A stretch of 64,000 nt of DNA from an uncultured Alphaproteobacteria bacterium (GTDB taxonomy: Bacteria > Pseudomonadota > Alphaproteobacteria > HIMB59 > GCA-002718135), in assembly GCA_902553945.1 (NCBI GenBank), contig CACDMT010000001.1:7239-71238 (forward strand), written 5' to 3'. Made by a program: the position numbers and the translations under genes. Below the pieces are notes generated by a model. The model saw nothing but the letters and a program-made list of their open reading frames with translations. It was not told the origin of the DNA and ran no database searches. Below are positions 20,208 to 29,113 of this stretch, piece by piece. Within the stretch, counting starts at the first letter, position 1. Every line of letters begins with the position of its first letter.

Positions 20208-21560
20208 TTAATAGTAACCTGCGTCTTGCATTAAATAGTCAGTTTCTTTTGCTGCATCGTCCAAAGCTTCCTTTACAGACTTATCTCCAACAATTGCTGC
20301 TTGCAATTCTGGAAATATAATATTTGAAAAAGGAATCCACTCAGGAATGAGCGGTGGAGTGAATGCATCTTCTGCCATTGAAGCAGAGAAGGTAGAGAAA
20401 AGATCACTCATAAAGGCATTACCTTCAGCGTCCATTTCTGATGCAATATCTTCCCAAACTCTAGTCATTGTAGGAAGTTTTCCACCTCTTGCTTCATGCA
20501 TTTGAGCTTCATGGTTTGTTAAAATCCATATTAAAGAAGCAGCGGCTTCTAAATTTTCCTCTGGGCAACCATTAAGGATAGAATAAGTGTGTGAGCCTGA
20601 CCAGCCACCTCTTTTTCCACCTGATCCCATAGGGAATCTGACTAAACCAACATCGCCTCCAATTTTAGAATCTTCACTGTTAAAGTAAGCTCCCCAGCCA
20701 CCCCAATCAAGATTAAGTGCAACAGTTCCACTTGCAAAACCAAGTCCGGTTTCATCCCAAAGGTAGTTTAAAACACCTGCAGGTACAGCTTGAGCATTAT
20801 ACAAATCAACAAACCATTGAAGAGCTCTTTGACCTGCCTCATCATTAAATACAGGTTTCCAATTTTCATCAAACAAAGCGCCACCTTCAGCAATTACTAG
20901 TTCATAAAAACGACCAGTGATAGCTTCTTCCTTACCAACATATTGTGTTCCGTAAAAGTTTGGTGGATCTGACCAAAAGATTGCTTGTTCTTTCCATTGT
21001 TCTAAAGTTTCAGGCGGAGCTAAATCATATCCGTACTCAGCTTTAAATCTTTTTTTATTATCTTCATCTTCATATATACTTTTAATATACCAAAGATTAC
21101 TAACATCACTATGTTGAGGTAGTTGTACTAAACGACCATCAACAGTTGAGTGATCTAGAACAAGTGGAACAAACTCCGCGAGAAAATCTTTTGGAACAAT
21201 TCCATTTAAATCTCTATAGATATCACCATATTGAGTTGCAAAACTAGTATGATTTGAAACTACACAGTAACTTATGTTACCTGCAGCAATATCTTGTTTT
21301 ATTTCTTTATCTAATTCAAAGTGACTTTTCTTAGATAAAATTGAAACCTTACCTCCAGTTTTTTCTTCCCAAATTGGAATCATAACTTCATAAAGTGGAT
21401 CGTAAGGAGCTCCACCGATAAGTTTTACATCTAGGGTAATTCCACTAAAATCCCCCCATACAGCAACTTTGTCATTTGAGAAATTTTTATCAACTGCAAA
21501 GGCACTTAATGGAAAAGATAATACTGAAATTGCAATTAGAATTTTTTTGAATAATTTCAT
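20208..21560 (-). CDS. Extracellular solute-binding protein, family 1 (sugar ABC SBP)
   Basis: The track ORF extends to 21602. The Met at 21560 (MKLFKKILIAISVLSFPLSAFA signal peptide) is preceded by GGAGG, so I prefer that start. About 450 aa, MalE/UgpB-like size. Confidence 0.8.
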   Translation of the reverse strand: MKLFKKILIAISVLSFPLSAFAVDKNFSNDKVAVWGDFSGITLDVKLIGGAPYDPLYEVMIPIWEEKTGGKVSILSKKSHFELDKEIKQDIAAGNISYCVVSNHTSFATQYGDIYRDLNGIVPKDFLAEFVPLVLDHSTVDGRLVQLPQHSDVSNLWYIKSIYEDEDNKKRFKAEYGYDLAPPETLEQWKEQAIFWSDPPNFYGTQYVGKEEAITGRFYELVIAEGGALFDENWKPVFNDEAGQRALQWFVDLYNAQAVPAGVLNYLWDETGLGFASGTVALNLDWGGWGAYFNSEDSKIGGDVGLVRFPMGSGGKRGGWSGSHTYSILNGCPEENLEAAASLIWILTNHEAQMHEARGGKLPTMTRVWEDIASEMDAEGNAFMSDLFSTFSASMAEDAFTPPLIPEWIPFSNIIFPELQAAIVGDKSVKEALDDAAKETDYLMQDAGYY

Positions 21561-21736
21561 ATTTCCTCCAATAATAAGAGAGATATTACACGCTATCCTC
21601 AAATTTAAAAGCTAAATTTATATACAATATTGAAAAAAATAATGAAAAAATATAGTTGAGATGTATTTTTAAGTTGATTATTTTAATTACTTTATTTTTA
21701 AATTAGATTTTAATTAATTATTTATAGAGGTATGAC

Positions 21737-22066
21737 ATGAATACAAAAAGATATGCAATGGCAGTCAGGCTAAAAGATGAAAAAAGAGATTTTTATATTA
21801 AAAATCATGCAAATGTATGGCCTGAAATACTTGAAGAATTAAAAAAAGTTAATGTCAAAAACTATAGTATATATTTGAAAGAAGATTTTATGTTTGGTTA
21901 TTTAGAATACGTCGGCAATGATTTTGATGGAGATATGGCTACAATGCAAAAAATTCCAATAGTTGATAAATGGACAAAACTAATGATTGATTGTTTTAAC
22001 CCTTTTCCAAATAATGAAGACAACGAGTCTTGGGTAATGATGGATGAAATATTTCATCTAGATTAA
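21737..22066 (+). CDS. rhaM: L-rhamnose mutarotase family protein (RhaM/DUF718)
   Basis: 109 aa. KRYAMAVRLKDEK...Y.KNHANVWPE...NYSIYL...GYLEY pattern characteristic of rhamnose mutarotase. Confidence 0.75.
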   Translation: MNTKRYAMAVRLKDEKRDFYIKNHANVWPEILEELKKVNVKNYSIYLKEDFMFGYLEYVGNDFDGDMATMQKIPIVDKWTKLMIDCFNPFPNNEDNESWVMMDEIFHLD

Positions 22067-22078
22067 TTAAAGAAAAAT

Positions 22079-23254
22079 ATGTCTAAAATAAAAGATATTG
22101 AGGTATTTTTTTTAGAATATCCTTTCCCAAAAAAACTTGGCTATAAGTATAGTGGCGGTCTTGTAGAGAACATGATTGTTGCTATTATTAAAATTACTGA
22201 CTCTAATGATAATTATGGAATTGGAGAAATTACTCATGGTCAATTTACCCATGAACCAATTATTGGTCTAACCAAACATTTTAGAGATATGCTTGTTGGA
22301 TCTGATACTAATAACATAAATCAAACTTGGGAAAAAATGTATGGATCAAGTGTTTTTTGGAATAGAGAAGGTATTGGTATTGGTGTCATGGGTGGCATCA
22401 ATATAGCCTTATATGACTTATTAGGTAAAAATTTAAAAGTACCAGTATATCAATTAATTGGAGGATTAAATAAAACCAAAATTAGAATTTACGCAAGTAA
22501 CGGTCTTTTTGATAACAAAGATCAACTAATAGAAGATGCTCAGAAAGCTTATAATTTAGGATTTAGGATTTATAAAATGAGAGTTGTTGAACCTTCTTCA
22601 ATTATTGAACTGGTACATGCATTTAAAAAAGAATTTAAAAGTAAAATGGACTTAATAGTTGATGCGGTACAAGGCTCTACTTCAAATCCCTGGGCAACAA
22701 AAGTATCGATAAACATTGCTAAAAAACTTGAAGATTACGAAGTATTATTTTTTGAAGAGCCTTGTAGGGTTGAAAATTTAGATGGATACAAAGAGATTAA
22801 AAATAATACCAATTTAAATATTGCTGGTGCTGAAAGTATACCTACAGCGAGAGCATTTAAGCCTTATTTTGAAAATAATGTATTTGATGTTGTACAATTT
22901 GATATTGCGACTTCTGGTTTTACTGAAGGAAGAAGAATTGCTGACATGGCATATGTGTACAACAAACCTTTAGCGATACATTCATGGGGGAGTGCTATTA
23001 GTATAATGGCTGGAATACATTTTAGTTTGAGTATACCAAACGCAGCATTTACTGAATATTGTTTCATGGATCACCCAATCAATCAAAGTTTATTTGAAAA
23101 TGAAACAATAAATATTTCAAACGGATATATTGAGCCGCCTAAAACTTATGGTTTGGGAATTAAATTTGATGAAAATCTTACTAAAGAGTTTCCATATAAA
23201 GAAAAAATTAATACAATGATATTAACAGATAAAGAAGATATAGGATTAAAGTAA
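22079..23254 (+). CDS. Enolase-superfamily acid-sugar dehydratase (mandelate racemase/MLE family), paralog 1
   Basis: 391 aa. ALYDLLGKNLKVPVYQLIGG, metal-ligand contexts IVDAVQG / FFEEPCR / IAGAES, QFDIATSGFTEG and AIHSWGS (His-Asp dyad contexts). Confidence 0.8.
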   Translation: MSKIKDIEVFFLEYPFPKKLGYKYSGGLVENMIVAIIKITDSNDNYGIGEITHGQFTHEPIIGLTKHFRDMLVGSDTNNINQTWEKMYGSSVFWNREGIGIGVMGGINIALYDLLGKNLKVPVYQLIGGLNKTKIRIYASNGLFDNKDQLIEDAQKAYNLGFRIYKMRVVEPSSIIELVHAFKKEFKSKMDLIVDAVQGSTSNPWATKVSINIAKKLEDYEVLFFEEPCRVENLDGYKEIKNNTNLNIAGAESIPTARAFKPYFENNVFDVVQFDIATSGFTEGRRIADMAYVYNKPLAIHSWGSAISIMAGIHFSLSIPNAAFTEYCFMDHPINQSLFENETINISNGYIEPPKTYGLGIKFDENLTKEFPYKEKINTMILTDKEDIGLK

Positions 23255-23257
23255 GTC

Positions 23258-23689
23258 ATGGATATTAAGTTTATTGAAACACCAAGCCCCATTGGAAATT
23301 TTGTTAATGCAAGGTTGAGCGGTAAATATGCTTATATATCTGGTCAAGGACCATTTGATGATAATGGAAATTTAATAACTGGAAAAGTTGGAAAAGATTT
23401 AAATCAAGAAGAAGCATATGATGCTGCAAGAAGAGTTGGAATTACTATCCTATCAGTAATTAAAAATGATATTGGTTTTGAAAAAGTAAAAAAAGTTGTC
23501 AAAATACTTGGGTTGGTTAATTGTACGGTAGATTTTTTAACCCAACCAAAAGTTATAAATGGTTGTTCTGATTTATTTGTTGAATTTTTTGGCAAAGAAA
23601 AGGGCATGCACGCAAGAAGTGCTATGGGTGTTTATGTTTTGCCCAATAATATACCAGTAGAAATTGAAGCAATTATAGAATTAGTCTAA
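23258..23689 (+). CDS. RidA/YjgF/UK114-family reactive-intermediate (enamine/imine) deaminase
   Basis: 143 aa. YISGQGP, ARSAMGV..LP..IPVEIEAI C-terminal signature of the family. Confidence 0.8.
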   Translation: MDIKFIETPSPIGNFVNARLSGKYAYISGQGPFDDNGNLITGKVGKDLNQEEAYDAARRVGITILSVIKNDIGFEKVKKVVKILGLVNCTVDFLTQPKVINGCSDLFVEFFGKEKGMHARSAMGVYVLPNNIPVEIEAIIELV

Positions 23690-24889
23690 CCAACCAAGCC
23701 ATTCTTTTTTTGATTTAGCAAGATACTCATCCAAAGATATATTACTTTTAATTTTTTTTAAAATTAGATTATTAATAATTTTTTTAAATTCTAACATTAC
23801 AATTTTTTCCTGACCTTTTTTTAAATTACATGTATCCAACTCAAAGTGATTAAAGTGGATCAAATCATCACGAACAAAAATTGCTGGATCATTTTTTTCT
23901 AAATGAAATGCCAAGGATTGGATCGTATATTGGGATTTTTTTGAGTCAACATAAATTCTAAGTCTATTAATTTTATTACCTGTTGGGTCAGCAACAACCT
24001 CAAAAGAGATACCTTTAAATTTTTCTTTAGACAAAAATTTCAACCAATATTGTAAAATGTTATTTTGATTATTAATTTCTAAATCCCAATTTCTGTTATA
24101 CCAATTTTCAACACCAATTATTGCAGAATAAATAGATTCTTTACCTACTTTCATACCTCTACCAATACCTAAATTTTGAAGATAAATGTTTTTGATAAAT
24201 TTTTTCTTACCTGCAATTATTCCAGCTGTTAAAGATCCCATAAATTTATGTGCACTAAAAATTGCAACATCAGCACCAATTTTAAAAAAATCTTCCATAT
24301 ACTCCTCTGATGCTGCATCAATAATAACAGGTATTTTATTTTTTTTGCAAATTTTAATGAAAGAATTTAATTCTAGTGAATCATAATCAGAACAATGATG
24401 TGATACAACGTACATAGCACAAGCAATTTGTTTTTTATTTTTTGAAATTGTTTTTTCAATATTTTCTATCGTACAAAATTTTTTAAAACCACATTTTAGT
24501 ATCTTGGCACCAGAAAGTTTAATTCCCTGCTCTACTTCAGCTCCATAATTTGTAAGATGACCTCTTTGAATTAAAACTTTATTTACCATATTATTGGTGT
24601 CTGGAAGTTTAAAAACTTTCTTTAGATCTTTACCAGTCATCATACTGGCAACACTTTCTGTTAGCCCCCCAGCTGCAGAAGCAGTAATGACGGCAGCTTC
24701 TGTTTTAAGTAATTTAGAAATTCTTTGTGATGCTAAAGCTTGCAATTCATCTATATTAACAAAATATTCAAAAATATCATTAGCAGCTTTAATCGATTTT
24801 TTATTGGTAATTGAAGCACCAATTTTTGTCATAAATCCACTGACATTGATGACAGGTGTAAGATTATTTTTATTATAAAAATTTTTCAC
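23681..24889 (-). CDS. SelA-like PLP-dependent enzyme (DgaE / D-glucosaminate-6-phosphate ammonia-lyase-like, COG1921)
   Basis: 402 aa. PVINVSGFMTKIGAS N-terminus and FSAHKFMGSLTAG (S-x-x-K-x-x-G PLP-lysine context as in SelA). No tRNA-binding N-domain. 3' end overlaps the convergent RidA gene by 9 bp. Confidence 0.6.
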   Translation of the reverse strand: MKNFYNKNNLTPVINVSGFMTKIGASITNKKSIKAANDIFEYFVNIDELQALASQRISKLLKTEAAVITASAAGGLTESVASMMTGKDLKKVFKLPDTNNMVNKVLIQRGHLTNYGAEVEQGIKLSGAKILKCGFKKFCTIENIEKTISKNKKQIACAMYVVSHHCSDYDSLELNSFIKICKKNKIPVIIDAASEEYMEDFFKIGADVAIFSAHKFMGSLTAGIIAGKKKFIKNIYLQNLGIGRGMKVGKESIYSAIIGVENWYNRNWDLEINNQNNILQYWLKFLSKEKFKGISFEVVADPTGNKINRLRIYVDSKKSQYTIQSLAFHLEKNDPAIFVRDDLIHFNHFELDTCNLKKGQEKIVMLEFKKIINNLILKKIKSNISLDEYLAKSKKEWLGWLD

Positions 24890-24943
24890 TTTATTATTTT
24901 AAATATGCAATATCAGCTTATAATACATTATATATAATTAAAT

Positions 24944-26113
24944 ATGAAAATTACTGATGTAGAAACATATGTTCTTTTAGCGGATAACTATGATCCAAGT
25001 CTAACATCTTCAGCTCAAGATACATGTTTGGTAATTATAAAAACAGATGAAGATATAGAAGGTTATGGTGAATGTGATACTAGTCCTTGGGTTGCAAAAG
25101 CTTTTATTGAATCTCCTGGCACTCATACGATGGATCAATGTGTAAAAGAAATTTTGATTGGCTCAGATCCTCTTGATATAGATACATTGTGGGAAAAAAT
25201 TTATGTGGGATCAGCAATGACAGGTAGAAGAGGTGCTGGAGTAAATGCAATTAGTGCAATTGATATGGCGCTTTGGGATATAAAAGGCAAAGCCGAAAAC
25301 AAACCTGTATTCGAATTGTTAGGTGGAAAAAAACAAGAAGAGGTAATTCCCTATGCTTCACTTCAACCTGTTGGACATTCCTTTCAAGAATATAAAGACT
25401 CACTTGTTGCTTGGGCAGAAAAAGCAAAGGGTTTAGGTTTCAAAGCAGTAAAATCAGAAGTAACACTTAACGGACCTTATGCACATAGTGGTCTTCACGA
25501 GGAAGATGATAAAACAACTGAAGTTGTTGCTGCAGTAAGAAAAGCTTTAGGTCCAGAAATTAAATTAATGATTGATGTGCAGTATAGATGGAAAAATGCA
25601 GAAGAAGCTCTTCGTACAGTCAAGGACTGGGCAGAATATGATATTTATTTTTTAGAAACACCTGTTTGGACAGATGATATAAAAAGTTATGCAAGGATGC
25701 ATGATGAAGCGCCAATGAAAATAGCTGCTGGAGAATGGTTAAGTACAAGATATGAATTTGAAGATTTAATTATTAATGGAAAGATTGATGTAGCACAACC
25801 TGATGTTGGAAGATGTGGTGGATTGAGTGAAGCTAAAAAAATAGCAAAATTTTCGCAAGAACATAAAAGGATCATCGTTCCACATTGTTGGAAAACTTCT
25901 GTTTCTATTTCTGCTACAGCTCATTTTGCATTCAATACTGAAAATTGTGCATTTATAGAATATTTGCCACCACAACTTTGTGTTGAAATTTTGCGAAAAG
26001 AACTTGCAACTGAGGGTTTTGATTTTGTTAATGGAAAAATAACACCTCCTACAAAACCAGGTCTTGGCATAACTCTAAATAGGGATGCTATAAAAAAATA
26101 CCAAGTAGCTTAA
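24944..26113 (+). CDS. Enolase-superfamily acid-sugar dehydratase (MR/MLE family), paralog 2
   Basis: 389 aa. ALWDIKGKAENKPVFELLGG, MIDVQYRW / FLETPVW / IAAGEW metal-ligand contexts, AQPDVGRCGGLSEA and VPHCW. Confidence 0.85.
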   Translation: MKITDVETYVLLADNYDPSLTSSAQDTCLVIIKTDEDIEGYGECDTSPWVAKAFIESPGTHTMDQCVKEILIGSDPLDIDTLWEKIYVGSAMTGRRGAGVNAISAIDMALWDIKGKAENKPVFELLGGKKQEEVIPYASLQPVGHSFQEYKDSLVAWAEKAKGLGFKAVKSEVTLNGPYAHSGLHEEDDKTTEVVAAVRKALGPEIKLMIDVQYRWKNAEEALRTVKDWAEYDIYFLETPVWTDDIKSYARMHDEAPMKIAAGEWLSTRYEFEDLIINGKIDVAQPDVGRCGGLSEAKKIAKFSQEHKRIIVPHCWKTSVSISATAHFAFNTENCAFIEYLPPQLCVEILRKELATEGFDFVNGKITPPTKPGLGITLNRDAIKKYQVA

Positions 26114-26982
26114 TTTAAAATTTTAAACTCAACAGCTGCTTCAAAAGATTTCTTAGGATTTAAGATTTTTAATCCGTGATAAGCTTTACTATTTTTCATG
26201 ACTAAGAAAGAGTCTCTAATATTAGTAACCGGCTCAATGCAAAAAAAATTTTCTCTAGGTGGAGAATAAACATGAAGATTTCCAACATTTTTTTTATTAA
26301 TAATTTCTAATTTAATATGTTTATTTAAAATCAATTTTGACCTTCCATTCCATTTAAGAAAAGTTTCATCAATTTTTGTTTTATTCAAATCAAGACTTTT
26401 ACTGTTTATCATTTCTTTTATATTAAATTTATTTATCTTTGTTTGATTTAAATAAGAAAATGTATTTGAGAATATTTTTGAATCTTTACTAATGGTAAAC
26501 CAAGGATGAAACCCAATTCCACAATGAAACTTTGATTTATCTAAGTTGATAATCTTTAATCTAATAATTAATGAGTCTTTAGTAAGATTAAAAGTTTGTA
26601 TAGACTGATACTTGAAAGGAAAACTATTTTTACCATTATGTAAAAATTCTAAAACTAAAATATTTTTAGTATTTTTTTTTACTTTCCATTTATTAACCCA
26701 ACCTTCACCATGTATTGTATCAGGTTCAAGTATATGTGTTCTAGGTAAATTAATATATTTATCTTTATAAAAAAAAGTTTTTTTATGAATTGCACCAAAA
26801 TAAGGAATGGTCGCAAAATAACCAGAAAAATAACAATTATATTTTCCTTGTCTCTTTTTAAGTGGAAAACTTCTAAAAATATTTGTTTTCTTTTCTTTAT
26901 CAATAAATCTTAAGATACTTGCTCCCATATTTGGAGATATCTCCAAAAGTAGTTTTTTATTTTCTAAAATTTTTTGCGACAT
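26110..26982 (-). CDS. Aldose 1-epimerase (galactose mutarotase) family protein
   Basis: 290 aa. HGEGWVNKW, GIGFHPWF and FCIEPVT motifs match the epimerase HG..W / HP.F / EP pattern. TAATG junction with the upstream gene. Confidence 0.7.
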   Translation of the reverse strand: MSQKILENKKLLLEISPNMGASILRFIDKEKKTNIFRSFPLKKRQGKYNCYFSGYFATIPYFGAIHKKTFFYKDKYINLPRTHILEPDTIHGEGWVNKWKVKKNTKNILVLEFLHNGKNSFPFKYQSIQTFNLTKDSLIIRLKIINLDKSKFHCGIGFHPWFTISKDSKIFSNTFSYLNQTKINKFNIKEMINSKSLDLNKTKIDETFLKWNGRSKLILNKHIKLEIINKKNVGNLHVYSPPRENFFCIEPVTNIRDSFLVMKNSKAYHGLKILNPKKSFEAAVEFKILN

Positions 26983-27854
26983 TAAGATATTTTATAATTA
27001 CTATAAGGGATTTTCAATCCTTTATAATTTGTTTTTATTATTAAACTTTGACCTGAATATTTATATTTTTTTTGTAAAATTTTAGAAGTACCCAATTTTG
27101 CAGTTGTAATAAATAGATAATTTAACTCTTTACCAAAAAATGTGATGCTAGTTATATTATATGCTGGTAATTTTATTTCTTTATCAATTTTTTTAGTTTT
27201 TAAATCAATTCTTGTAATTTTAGCACCAGACCAATGTGCTACCCACAATCCATTATTATTATCAAGAGCTATTCCATCTGGTATTCCTTGATTTTTTTTA
27301 TACTTAATCAAAATATTTTTTTTGTTAGTTTTTAAATTATAAGTTAAAATTTTTGAACTTAACGAGTCCGAAAAATATAAATTTTTTTCAAATTTATCTA
27401 ATGCCGGTCCATTTGATACTTTAAATCCCCTGTCAATAACTATAAATTTTTTCTTATATAAATATCCAAAATATCCTAAATTTTTATTTTCTTTAAGATG
27501 AGACAAACCGATCCACAATTTTTTATCTGAAATTAAACCATCATTGTAAGAAATATTTTTTAATTCATTACTTTTTCTAATATCAATAAATTTTTTTACT
27601 TTTTTAGATTTTCTATTAAATATATATAATCCATCAAAAGCACTTATTATAAATAATCCATTATTATGTGGGTATACATTTCCTAGAGGCTTTGGTAGAT
27701 CAAGTTTTTGTTGAGTTAATTTTCTATTTCCAATTGAATAAAAAAAAATTGATGGTTTTAAAAGATCTAAAAAAACAATCTCATTAGTTTTGTAAAGATA
27801 AAAACCACTCTCTCCTAAAATAGTATTGGACTCAACAGCATCAAAATCAAACAT
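26982..27854 (-). CDS. SMP-30/gluconolactonase/LRE-like lactonase (copy 2, extremely AT-rich)
   Basis: 290 aa. SNGPALD, PDGIALDNNNGLWVAHWSGAKITRID propeller-blade motifs. Confidence 0.65.
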   Translation of the reverse strand: MFDFDAVESNTILGESGFYLYKTNEIVFLDLLKPSIFFYSIGNRKLTQQKLDLPKPLGNVYPHNNGLFIISAFDGLYIFNRKSKKVKKFIDIRKSNELKNISYNDGLISDKKLWIGLSHLKENKNLGYFGYLYKKKFIVIDRGFKVSNGPALDKFEKNLYFSDSLSSKILTYNLKTNKKNILIKYKKNQGIPDGIALDNNNGLWVAHWSGAKITRIDLKTKKIDKEIKLPAYNITSITFFGKELNYLFITTAKLGTSKILQKKYKYSGQSLIIKTNYKGLKIPYSNYKIS

Positions 27855-27863
27855 ATAATAAAT

Positions 27864-27902
27864 TAAAAAAATAAAAAGAGGGCGTTAAATAAGCGCCCTC
27901 TT
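27864..27902 (-). terminator. Rho-independent terminator/attenuator after the PotD-like binding-protein gene
   Basis: 9-bp GC-rich stem aagagggcg (27876-27884) / cgccctctt (27894-27902) with a 9-nt loop. On the minus strand it is followed by TTTTTATTTTTTT (27864-27875). Confidence 0.65.
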
Positions 27903-27918
27903 AATAAAATAATAAATT

Positions 27919-28926
27919 TTAATTAGAAGCTTTTACTTCGTTCCAAACTCTATTACGCCATTCGAAATCCTCAGCTGGTTGTAGCCAATTTAATCTACCT
28001 GCATAATCTAAGCCAGGAGACTCATGAGTAACAGTTCCATATCCATATCTCTCATTCATTACTTCTTGAGTAGATTTTTCTATGAAAAAATTTGCCCAAG
28101 CGTGTGCAAGTTCTTCATCAGCACCTGCAGTCATTGCCCAAGTATCAAGCCATCCAATTCCACCTTCTTTAGGAATAATGTATTTAACATTATGTCCCAT
28201 ATCTCTTAGAGCCACTTCCTGGAATTCACCCATAGAGAACATTAGTGAAATTCCTCCACTATCCCATATTTGATTACCTTCATCAAAACCAGCAAAGTAA
28301 GTAACTACTAATTTTTTTTGATCAATCAGCGTTTGTTTTACATTTTCCATTTCAGCTTCAGATAAGTTATAAGGATTGTTCATACCAAGGTATATTGCTG
28401 TATTAACAATATTATTATTAGTATCATCTAATACAATCATTTTACCTGCATTTGCTGGATCGTGCATTACAGACCATGAGTCAACTCCGCCTTCACCAAA
28501 TTCATCAACATCATAAATTAGTCCTAATGAACCCCAAGAAATAGGAACACCATAATAACCGCCATCAATTTCAACTTCTTTTACGTTTTGAAAAGCTGAC
28601 ATAAGACCACTAAAATTACTTAACTTACTTTTGTCATAAGGTTTTAGTAATCCTGCTCCATGATATCGTGGAAATAAACTTGTATCAATTGATACTAAAT
28701 CAAAATCTTCACCCTTACTTGCTTGTGTTAAAGCAAATAATTCATCAACACTTCCAACATATTTAACTTTAACTTTTGCATCATATTTAGCTTCAAATTC
28801 ATCTATCCATTCTTGTTCAGCATATCCTTCAAAACACCCAAGGCTTAATTCTCTTGCAGCGCTTGCAGAAAATGCAAACGAAAAAATAAAGATAAATGAT
28901 AAAATTGAATAAATAAATTTTCTCAT
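27919..28926 (-). CDS. Periplasmic binding protein of the PotD/PotF (polyamine-type) family
   Basis: 335 aa with signal peptide MRKFIYSILSFIFIFSFAFSASA. GYYGVPISWGSLGLIYD and GWLDTWAM segments typical of spermidine/putrescine-type SBPs. Confidence 0.8.
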   Translation of the reverse strand: MRKFIYSILSFIFIFSFAFSASAARELSLGCFEGYAEQEWIDEFEAKYDAKVKVKYVGSVDELFALTQASKGEDFDLVSIDTSLFPRYHGAGLLKPYDKSKLSNFSGLMSAFQNVKEVEIDGGYYGVPISWGSLGLIYDVDEFGEGGVDSWSVMHDPANAGKMIVLDDTNNNIVNTAIYLGMNNPYNLSEAEMENVKQTLIDQKKLVVTYFAGFDEGNQIWDSGGISLMFSMGEFQEVALRDMGHNVKYIIPKEGGIGWLDTWAMTAGADEELAHAWANFFIEKSTQEVMNERYGYGTVTHESPGLDYAGRLNWLQPAEDFEWRNRVWNEVKASN

Positions 28927-29113
28927 TTTCCCTCCATATATAAATTTTTATAATTAAAGCAGTAATTTAAATTGAAGTCAAATTAACAATCGTTGATTTA
29001 GATATAAAATATATATTTATTCATAAAATTAGGCAATAATTGGCTTTTTTAAGTTTATTTAAAAAATATTAATCTATAAATTATGATTAGTATTAAAATT
29101 CAATATAAATATT

